From: Candidatus Dojkabacteria bacterium
GTDB taxonomy: Bacteria > Patescibacteriota > Dojkabacteria > SC72
DNA length: 46,168 bases
NCBI GenBank assembly: GCA_012513575.1
Contig: JAAZBX010000010.1
Span: forward strand, 1-46,168
Direction: 5' to 3'
The notes beneath the pieces are model-generated. The model was not told the origin of the DNA, ran no database searches, and worked only from the letters and a program-made list of their open reading frames with translations. Below, piece by piece: positions 19,775-27,575 of this stretch. Made by a program: the position numbers and the translations under genes. Position 1 is the stretch's first letter. The number at the start of each line of letters is the position of its first letter.

Positions 19775-22693
19775 ATGTTCAACTTTTTAACAAAAATATT
19801 TGACTCAAATGAGAAGCAGTTGGCTAAATTACAGCCAATCATTGAGGAGATTAATAGTAGGGAGAAGGCAATGTCAAAACTCTCAGACGAGCAGTTGAAG
19901 GCAAGAACAGAGCATTTGAGAAAAGAAATTGGCGTAAATTTGGAAACCTCAAGAACTGATTTTACAACACTTAAGGATGAGGAATTAAGTAAGGACCTCG
20001 ATTTAGAGAAAGAGAAGCTTTACAGTATTCTTCCCGAAGCTTTTGCAACTGTTAGGGAGGCTTCGAAAAGGGTTGCTAATCACAGGCATTTTGATGTTCA
20101 GCTTATGGCTGGATATGTTTTGTTTGACAACAAAGTCGCAGAACTATTTACTGGTGAAGGAAAAACCTTGGCTGCAAATCTTCCATTGTATCTGTATGCG
20201 TTAACTGGTAGAGGTGCTCACCTTGTAACAGTTAACGACTATCTTGCAAGAAGGGATGCCGAATGGACGGGCCATATTCTCAATGCTTTGGGCATGAGTG
20301 TTGGAGCTATTAACTCTGGGAAGCAGTACAGATTTGTAGATGATAAGGAAGCGATAAAGATAAAGGGGGATGAGGTTAAGAAATTGATTAAGGAAAGAGA
20401 TTTGAAATTTAAAGAAGCAGGAAGGTTGAAGTATGACCATATGAGTGGGGTAAATCTTGTCGAGTGTAGTAAACAGGAAGCATATGCATGTGATGTTGTG
20501 TATGGAACAAACAGTGAATTTGGTTTTGATTATCTTCGTGACAACATGGCTAGAAGTCTGGAAGAAAGAGTTCAGGGCCCAAGGTATTTTGTAATCGTTG
20601 ATGAGGCTGACTCAATTTTAATCGATGAGGCTAGAACACCACTGATTATTTCAACAAGTGCAGATACGGCAAACGATTTGTACAAGCAGTTTGCATCCTT
20701 AGTTAAATCACTCCAAAAGGAGAAACATTACACTGTAGATGAGAAAGCTCATGCTGTTTCTTTAAATCAAGAGGGAATGGATGCTGTAGAAAAAATGCTT
20801 AAGGTTGAGAATGTATACGAGAATGCACAGTTAGCATACCATTTAGACAATGCTCTTAAAGCTAAGGAGCTTTACCATCTTGATGATGAATATATGATTA
20901 GAAATGGGGAGATTCTTATAGTTGACGAGTTTACTGGAAGGGCAATGGAGGGTAGAAGGTACAGTGAAGGACTTCATCAAGCAATCGAGGCAAAGGAGGG
21001 TGTAGAAGTCAAAAAGGAATCCAAGACTATGGCTACAATTACATTGCAGAACTTCTTTAGGCTTTACAAATTTCTCTCTGGAATGACAGGGACGGCTGTT
21101 ACAGAAGCTGAGGAATTCTCTTCAATATACAAATTAGACACAATCGTTGTCCCTACAAACAAACCTGTTGTAAGAAAGGATTACAACGATGTTGTCTATC
21201 GAACTCAGGAAGGGAAATTCAAAGCAATTGTAAGGGAAATAGTTGAGAGGCATTCCAAGGGACAACCGGTACTAGTAGGAACTACATCTGTGGAGAAATC
21301 GGAAGTTCTTTCTGAGATGTTAAGAAAAGAAGGAGTTAAGCACAATGTTTTAAATGCAAAACAGCATGAATTAGAAGCAAAAGTAGTTGCGGAGGCAGGT
21401 CAGTTGGGTGCAGTAACGATAGCAACAAATATGGCGGGTAGAGGAACTGACATTGCTCTTGGTGATGGAGTAAAAGAGGTCGGAGGGTTGTATGTCATTG
21501 GTTCTGAGAGGCACGAATCAAGGAGAATTGATAACCAGTTAAGAGGGCGTTCTGGAAGGCAGGGAGACCCAGGGGAATCAAAATTCTTTGTATCCTTTGA
21601 GGATGATTTAATGAGGATATTTGGAGGAGACAAAATGAAGTTAATCATGGGGCAGGTTGGATTGGATGATGACATGGAGATATCCGTAGGAGTAATTGGG
21701 AAGTCAATTGAGAATGCACAAAAGAAAGTAGAGTCAACAAATTATGATATCCGAAAAAGACTTGTTGAGTATGATGATGTGCTAAATCAGCAGAGGGAAA
21801 TCATATATACATTGAGAAGGAAAATACTTGAAATTGATTTGAAAAATGAAAAAAAACTAACAGAGAAAGATTTGCAAAGCGATTTCAAATCTCTTAAAGA
21901 GGTAGATATTGAGATGGTACAGGACTCTTTAGATGGGTTTGCTCTTAACAGGCAAGGGAGTTGGGGAATCGAGGGTTTGGATCAGCTAAAATACCCTCTC
22001 TCGCCCTTAGATAAGTGGATATTAAAAAAGACATGGGAATTTTTAGATTACCTTGTTGCATCTTCATTGGAAGATGATATGAAGATTGATAATATCGAAG
22101 AGAGAAGCATATATACCAACGTTATCAACTTAGTGACTGAGAACCTAATAGACATTGCTGCAGTGCAATTAGGTTACAAGAGTAGGGAGGATTTCTTTAA
22201 AAAGCTTTATTCTCTTCCAAGAATTGAGAGCATTACCGAGCTTAAGAGAGCAATTCTTTATGCATTTATTATCCATGTATATTCTATTGGCATAGAGGCC
22301 ATGAGTGCACTGTCCAGATATTTAATACTTCAATCGTTTGATAAATTCTGGATGGAACATCTTGATACTATGACAGATTTGCGAGAAGGAATTTCTTTAA
22401 GAAATCTTGCACAGAAAGACCCTCTAGTAGAATACAAAAATGAAGGTTTTGAGATGTTTGATGAGATGCTAAGAAAGATTGATGAGTTCGTAGTAACAAG
22501 GTTTTTCAAAGTTAGGTTAGTTTCAAATGAACCCACCAAAACTCCTCAAGTTGCCTCACATGAAGACAATAGACCTGGGAAAGTCGGAAAGCAAAAAACT
22601 ATAAAGAAGGGTAAAAAAGTTGGAAGGAATGATCCTTGTCCTTGTGGTAGTGGGAAAAAATACAAAAAATGTTGCTATCCCAAATACGGGTAA
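19775..22693 (+). CDS. secA: Preprotein translocase ATPase SecA
   Basis: TGEGKT, VTVNDYLARRD, FGFDYLRDN, VDEADSILIDEARTPLIIS, TNMAGRGTDI and RRIDNQLRGRSGRQGDPG motifs, plus a C-terminal SEC-C Zn motif (GRNDPCPCGSGKKYKKCC). The ORF can begin at 19766; 19775 (MFNFLTKIF) fits the promoter spacing better. Confidence 0.98.
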   Translation: MFNFLTKIFDSNEKQLAKLQPIIEEINSREKAMSKLSDEQLKARTEHLRKEIGVNLETSRTDFTTLKDEELSKDLDLEKEKLYSILPEAFATVREASKRVANHRHFDVQLMAGYVLFDNKVAELFTGEGKTLAANLPLYLYALTGRGAHLVTVNDYLARRDAEWTGHILNALGMSVGAINSGKQYRFVDDKEAIKIKGDEVKKLIKERDLKFKEAGRLKYDHMSGVNLVECSKQEAYACDVVYGTNSEFGFDYLRDNMARSLEERVQGPRYFVIVDEADSILIDEARTPLIISTSADTANDLYKQFASLVKSLQKEKHYTVDEKAHAVSLNQEGMDAVEKMLKVENVYENAQLAYHLDNALKAKELYHLDDEYMIRNGEILIVDEFTGRAMEGRRYSEGLHQAIEAKEGVEVKKESKTMATITLQNFFRLYKFLSGMTGTAVTEAEEFSSIYKLDTIVVPTNKPVVRKDYNDVVYRTQEGKFKAIVREIVERHSKGQPVLVGTTSVEKSEVLSEMLRKEGVKHNVLNAKQHELEAKVVAEAGQLGAVTIATNMAGRGTDIALGDGVKEVGGLYVIGSERHESRRIDNQLRGRSGRQGDPGESKFFVSFEDDLMRIFGGDKMKLIMGQVGLDDDMEISVGVIGKSIENAQKKVESTNYDIRKRLVEYDDVLNQQREIIYTLRRKILEIDLKNEKKLTEKDLQSDFKSLKEVDIEMVQDSLDGFALNRQGSWGIEGLDQLKYPLSPLDKWILKKTWEFLDYLVASSLEDDMKIDNIEERSIYTNVINLVTENLIDIAAVQLGYKSREDFFKKLYSLPRIESITELKRAILYAFIIHVYSIGIEAMSALSRYLILQSFDKFWMEHLDTMTDLREGISLRNLAQKDPLVEYKNEGFEMFDEMLRKIDEFVVTRFFKVRLVSNEPTKTPQVASHEDNRPGKVGKQKTIKKGKKVGRNDPCPCGSGKKYKKCCYPKYG

Positions 22694-22714
22694 AAACCGT
22701 ATGCTATGGGTTCC

Positions 22715-22743
22715 TTGACACACTATAACCCCTATACTATGCT
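22715..22743 (+). promoter_or_regulatory. Sigma70-type promoter for the Zn-ribbon/acidic gene
   Basis: TTGACA (22715-22720), a 17-nt spacer, then TATGCT (22738-22743); the ATG is at 22755. Confidence 0.6.
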
Positions 22744-22754
22744 AGATATACAGT

Positions 22755-23282
22755 ATGGGAACTACAAAAAAAGCAAAAAATGAGGAGTTGATTCCAACAA
22801 GGCGAAGTGTTCATGTAATATATCTTTCTTGCCCTCACTGTAGTTTTGAGACGGATGATATAAAGTTGTGTCCACAGTGTAACGAACCAATGAAGGTGAT
22901 CGATGTCGTTGAGAAATTTGGTGATGATGCGGAGAGGTTTTTAGAGAGAATTAACAAAAGGAGAGAAAATGGAACAGAAATAGAAAGTGTTTCAGGATTA
23001 GAGACTGAAGAAGGTGTAGTAGAAATAGATAAAGAGGAGCCAAATATCATTCTTATGGGTGCAGACGAGTCTTTGGATGATGGTATTGACCCTGTAACTG
23101 ATGCAGATGATGCATCACTTGATGTAATATTCCCAGACGATGATGAGGAAGCTGTTGAGCATCAGCCTGTTTCTGCGGATGACGATTTAGCTAAGGCATT
23201 AGACCAATTAGATTCTGAAGAAGAAGAGAATGTCAGTGCAGAAGATTTCGGATTTGGCGATGGAGAGATTCCTGAGCTATAA
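22755..23282 (+). CDS. Hypothetical protein with an N-terminal Zn ribbon and a highly acidic low-complexity C-terminus
   Basis: CPHC...CPQC followed by a D/E-rich tail (DADDASLDVIFPDDDEE...DSEEEENVSAEDF). Confidence 0.8.
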   Translation: MGTTKKAKNEELIPTRRSVHVIYLSCPHCSFETDDIKLCPQCNEPMKVIDVVEKFGDDAERFLERINKRRENGTEIESVSGLETEEGVVEIDKEEPNIILMGADESLDDGIDPVTDADDASLDVIFPDDDEEAVEHQPVSADDDLAKALDQLDSEEEENVSAEDFGFGDGEIPEL

Positions 23283-23326
23283 TGTCATTATAATTCTTAA
23301 GCTTATTTTGTAAATCCGGGAAAGTA

Positions 23327-23982
23327 ATGGGGGATGCGTATAAAACACCCTCCGGTTTTTCTCAGGATCCTTCAGGATTGATTACTCCCGAAAGACTAAG
23401 ACGGCCCTCTGCAGAGATTCAGATTACTGGAAGTGTCGATGGGGATATGTTTAAAACGCTTATTGAGGATTTATCCAAAATGGATGACTTTATGAGTGAA
23501 CAGAGAGTAATGGGGGAAGTATTGAAAAAGGAAATGGAAGTAAAGATTCTCTTGACATATCTTTAGCATCGTTTGGTGGACAAGTATATTATGGTTTTGC
23601 CGTTTTTGATAGGATACGTCAGTTTTCTAAAAGAAATGAGGCTTCTGTTTCCATTACCGGTTATGGTCCTATTATGTCGATGGGGGCTTTCATAATCCAG
23701 GCAGGAGATGTCCGCAGAATGCCAGAAAACTCAACAATGTTGATTCATCCGACCACGGGTGGCATGCAAGGGAGAATTGAAGATGCAGAATTTGAGCTCG
23801 CTCAAAGAAAAATTAATGAGAGACAATATATAAGAGTTGTTGCAAATCGAATCAAAGAGTCTGGCAAAAGTGATATTACAGAGGAGGATGTAGAAAGAAT
23901 TATGCATGCAAATGGGAATAATGGTACATATTTCACAGCTCAAGAAGCTTTGGAATATGGTTTGATAGATGAGATAGTTTGA
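23327..23982 (+). pseudogene. ClpP-like (S14) serine protease split by a -1 frameshift at about 23500-23560
   Basis: Frame 2 gives IQITGSVDGDMFKTLIEDL. Frame 1 (open from 23500) gives DISLASFGGQVYYGFAVFDRI, GPIMSMGAFI (Ser), STMLIHP (His) and YFTAQEALEYGLIDEI. Joined, the product is about 218 aa. Confidence 0.8.
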
Positions 23983-24029
23983 TGAATTAATAAATCTTTT
24001 TGTTTTTTGAAGATAGGGTATAATATCCC

Positions 24030-25196
24030 ATGTCAAATCTTCACAATATATTTCCAAAAGTAGCCATAGTAGCTGATCAGATGACATCTTTTGGTGGTGC
24101 AGATAGAGAAATGCTCTCCATACTCAAAGTATTTCCCCAAGCAGACATTTTCACAGTTCTATTCTACTCAGAAAAATACCCAATGCTTAAAAATAATGTA
24201 TACACTAGCTTTGTTCAGAAATATACAAAAATATTTGGTAAAAAATTTAGTAGACATTTAAAAATATTTAATCCCCTAGCTTACGAGAGTTTTTCATTTG
24301 AGGGATATGATTTGGTAATCTCAATTTCTGCTGGTCCAGCTAAGGCAGTAATAACAGGCATTAATCAACCTCATCTAGCTATGGTAATGACACCTCCAAG
24401 GAGTCTTTGGGATAATGAACTAAATGCCAGAGCATCAAAATTTCACAAGATTTACAGGTGGCTTTCAAATATCTTAAATACCTATCTTCGGGTTTGGGAC
24501 ATTTCAATCTCTAAAAGAGTAGACTACTGGAGTTCAAATTCAGAATTTGTAGCAAGAAAGATAAGAAAAACATATGGAGTAATCCCAAAAGTTCTCTATC
24601 CGGGCATAGAGGAGAGATATTTTGAGCCTGTAACTTCAAACGATATAGAAAAGGTAAAAGAAAAATACTCTGTTCCAGAGGATTTTGTTTTAGTTGTTTC
24701 AAGGCTTTACGACTACAAAAGAGTTGATTGGGCAATTAGGGCTGCACAGAGAAGTGGTAAAAACTTGGTAATTGTTGGAGAGGGTCCTGATTTAAAATTT
24801 CTTAAGAAAATTGCAAAGGGAGATTCCAGAATACAGTTTCTTGGCTTTATCTCAGATGATGAGGTTAAAGCCCTATATACAGCAGCGAAAGTTCTTCTTT
24901 TTTGTGGGATTGAAGATTTTGGATTAGTTCCCCTTGAAGCAATGGCTGCAGGGACTTTAGTATTTGCCTATAAATATGGTGGGGTTCTTGAAACAGTCAG
25001 TCAGGGTAAAAGTGGAGAGTTTTTTGAGAATGAAGAGCAATTAGTAGAATTACTTAAGAAATTAGATGAAAGAAGGTATAATAAAAAGGAAATTGTAAAT
25101 CAGGCAAGAAAATTTTCAGAAGAGAAATTCCTAAATAATTTTACAGAATACATTAAACAAATTCATGAAGAAGAATCATCCCAATTGGCTCAATGA
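24030..25196 (+). CDS. GT4 glycosyltransferase
   Basis: GGADRE, VLYPGIE, SRLYDYKRVD and EDFGLVPLEAMAAG motifs. Confidence 0.9.
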   Translation: MSNLHNIFPKVAIVADQMTSFGGADREMLSILKVFPQADIFTVLFYSEKYPMLKNNVYTSFVQKYTKIFGKKFSRHLKIFNPLAYESFSFEGYDLVISISAGPAKAVITGINQPHLAMVMTPPRSLWDNELNARASKFHKIYRWLSNILNTYLRVWDISISKRVDYWSSNSEFVARKIRKTYGVIPKVLYPGIEERYFEPVTSNDIEKVKEKYSVPEDFVLVVSRLYDYKRVDWAIRAAQRSGKNLVIVGEGPDLKFLKKIAKGDSRIQFLGFISDDEVKALYTAAKVLLFCGIEDFGLVPLEAMAAGTLVFAYKYGGVLETVSQGKSGEFFENEEQLVELLKKLDERRYNKKEIVNQARKFSEEKFLNNFTEYIKQIHEEESSQLAQ

Positions 25197-26346
25197 GATA
25201 AAAGTTGCAGTAGTATATGAGCCTCTTTACAAAATGGGGGGAGGAGAATTACATATGAGATATATTTTAGAAGCCTTCCCTAACTCAGAACTCTTTACGG
25301 CCTACTATGATGAAGATTTAGTAAAGAAGAATTTCAAAAATACAAAGATTAATGCTTCCTTTCTTCAAAAGCTTCCTTGGAGAGACAAATTTAGATATAT
25401 ATATCTTCTTTTTCTCCCAATGGCATACAAATCATTTCGATTTAAGGATTTTGATGTAATTATTTCTCTCTCCTCGCACTTTGCAAAATTTGCTAATCAA
25501 AAAGGAGTTAAACATATTGATATCTGTATGACTCCACCTAAATTTCTTTGGCAAAAAGACGATAGAACTTTAAAAAAGAAATCTCAGCTAAGTGGTGTAA
25601 ACAAATTCTTTTTTGGTATATATTCTTTTTTTATGAATACTGCACTTGAGGATATTTGGAGAAAATGGGATAGAGAGGCTGCTCAAAAGTGTGAGAGAAT
25701 TGCAGCGATATCAAATGTAGTTAAAAAAAGAGTTCAAGAGTATTACGGTGTTGATGCAGATGTAATATATCCTCCAGTTGAGGTAAGTAAAATTGCGAAA
25801 TATCCAAAAGTTAATAGGAAAGAAAACTGGTTTCTTTACTTAGGTAGAGTGGAGAGGTACAAAGGGGTTCATCTAGCTATTAAAGCCTGTGACAAGTTAG
25901 ATCTTCCTCTTAAGATTGCAGGAACAGGGGATGATTTAGAAGCAATGAAGCAGTTAGTTGATACATTAGCTGCAAAGGGTATAGTCAAATTCTTGGGATA
26001 TGTTTCTGAGGATGAGAAATATGAGCTCCTAAGTAGAGCTAGAGCATTGATATTCCCTGTAAGGGGAGAGGATTTTGGTATTGTACCAGTAGAAGCGAAT
26101 GCTTTTGGCACTCCTGTCATTGCATACAAAGATGGGGGCCCAATGGAAACAGTCTCATTGGAAAATCCATCAACAGGTGTATTCTTTGAGAAATATTCAG
26201 TTGATTCTCTTGTAAGTGTCTTAAAGAAATTTAAGCCAGAAAAATATACACAAGACAACTGTGTTAAACAGTCTCAGAATTTTGCATCTGAGATATTCAT
26301 CTACAAGCTTCAAAACTATGTCAAAGACACACTACAAATTCATTAA
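25165..26346 (+). CDS. GT4 glycosyltransferase (paralogue of the upstream gene)
   Basis: GGGELHM, VIYPPVE, GRVERYKG and EDFGIVPVEANAFG motifs. Confidence 0.9.
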   Translation: MKKNHPNWLNEIKVAVVYEPLYKMGGGELHMRYILEAFPNSELFTAYYDEDLVKKNFKNTKINASFLQKLPWRDKFRYIYLLFLPMAYKSFRFKDFDVIISLSSHFAKFANQKGVKHIDICMTPPKFLWQKDDRTLKKKSQLSGVNKFFFGIYSFFMNTALEDIWRKWDREAAQKCERIAAISNVVKKRVQEYYGVDADVIYPPVEVSKIAKYPKVNRKENWFLYLGRVERYKGVHLAIKACDKLDLPLKIAGTGDDLEAMKQLVDTLAAKGIVKFLGYVSEDEKYELLSRARALIFPVRGEDFGIVPVEANAFGTPVIAYKDGGPMETVSLENPSTGVFFEKYSVDSLVSVLKKFKPEKYTQDNCVKQSQNFASEIFIYKLQNYVKDTLQIH

Positions 26347-26974
26347 GAGATTTTTTGATATATTTTTTTCAATACTTCTCTTAATTCTTCTTTCACCTTT
26401 ACTTTTGTTTACCTCATTTTTGATTTGGGTTAATGATGGAGGGAGTATATTTGTAAAAGAACCTTTAAGAAAAGGTAAGGAGGGTTGTAATTTTAAGATG
26501 TATAAGTTTAGGACAATGATTCCAGATGCACATTCACAGTTGCTTAATAATCCTAAATACAAAGAATTGAAAACAAAATGGGTGAAGAATGGGAACAAAA
26601 TGAACAGTCAAGAAGACAGTAGAATCACGGGGATAGGTAGAATCTTGAGGAAATGTGATATAGATGAATTGCCCCAATTGATAAATGTTTTTTTAGGAGA
26701 TATGTCTTTAGTTGGTCCACGACCAACATATGACTACGAGATTGTCCAGCATTTGAAGAAATATCCCAAAGACAAAAGATTCTTAAAACAGATATATACT
26801 ATTAGACCAGGTATAACTGGGATATGGCAAGTCTCTGGAAGAAACAATATTGTACTCCATGATAGATTTAAAATGGATGCTAAGTATGTGAGAGAAATGA
26901 ATTTTTTAATTGATCTAAAGATACTTCTCAAAACACCATTTGTCGTAATCACAAGGAAAGGCGCATATGAGTAG
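26318..26974 (+). CDS. Polyprenyl-phosphate sugar-1-phosphate transferase (Bac_transf; WbaP/WcaJ/CpsE C-terminal-domain type)
   Basis: KRFFDI followed by one TM helix, MYKFRTM, DELPQLINVFLGDMSLVGPRP and PGITGIWQVSGRN. ATG at 26318. Confidence 0.92.
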   Translation: MSKTHYKFIKRFFDIFFSILLLILLSPLLLFTSFLIWVNDGGSIFVKEPLRKGKEGCNFKMYKFRTMIPDAHSQLLNNPKYKELKTKWVKNGNKMNSQEDSRITGIGRILRKCDIDELPQLINVFLGDMSLVGPRPTYDYEIVQHLKKYPKDKRFLKQIYTIRPGITGIWQVSGRNNIVLHDRFKMDAKYVREMNFLIDLKILLKTPFVVITRKGAYE

Positions 26975-27575
26975 AGATATTGTTACTGTAATAAAGTCTG
27001 TTAATTACTCAGAGGCTGATAAGATCCTTACAGTTTTTGGAAGAGAGAGAGGAAAATTTACACTGTTTGCTAAGGGTATTAGAAAAATAAATAGTAAAAA
27101 CAGGGGGAATATGCAAACTTTGTGTACTAGCAGTATCTCTTTTTTTGAAGGAAAAGGAATGCCGTTGCTTACTGAATCACAGCTTGAGAGTACTCTTGAT
27201 ATTGAGCATCTTCATGTTCAAAATGTGCGCAGGATTCTTTTTTTGTTAAACAAATTTCTTCAAGAAGGAGAGCAGTATCCACCGCTTTTTGACAGTCTGC
27301 AAAGAGCCTTAAAAAAGGGTCTTGATTTGGCTTCAACTAATAAACTTAGAATAATTTTTTTGAAAGAGATGGGGTTTTTAGAGGATTTCACAAAATGTAA
27401 ATATTGTCGAAGTAAAGACGATATTGTATATTTAGATACAAGAAATTTTGCTCTAGTCTGTGAAAATTGTTACAGTATAGGTAGAGACAAGAAACTGGGA
27501 GAGAATCCCTACGAGTCAAAAGTATTAACTAATGCTTTGGATGAATATATTAAGAGAATAGTAGAAGAAATTTAA
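26967..27575 (+). CDS. recO: DNA repair protein RecO
   Basis: NYSEADKILTVFGRERGKFTLFAKGIRKINSK OB-fold and a CKYC...CENC Zn finger. Confidence 0.93.
   Translation: MSRDIVTVIKSVNYSEADKILTVFGRERGKFTLFAKGIRKINSKNRGNMQTLCTSSISFFEGKGMPLLTESQLESTLDIEHLHVQNVRRILFLLNKFLQEGEQYPPLFDSLQRALKKGLDLASTNKLRIIFLKEMGFLEDFTKCKYCRSKDDIVYLDTRNFALVCENCYSIGRDKKLGENPYESKVLTNALDEYIKRIVEEI

Noticed and set aside
20281-20500. Intein in SecA
   Set aside because: The insertion is only about 40 aa and lacks the Cys/Ser start, His-Asn end and splicing blocks.
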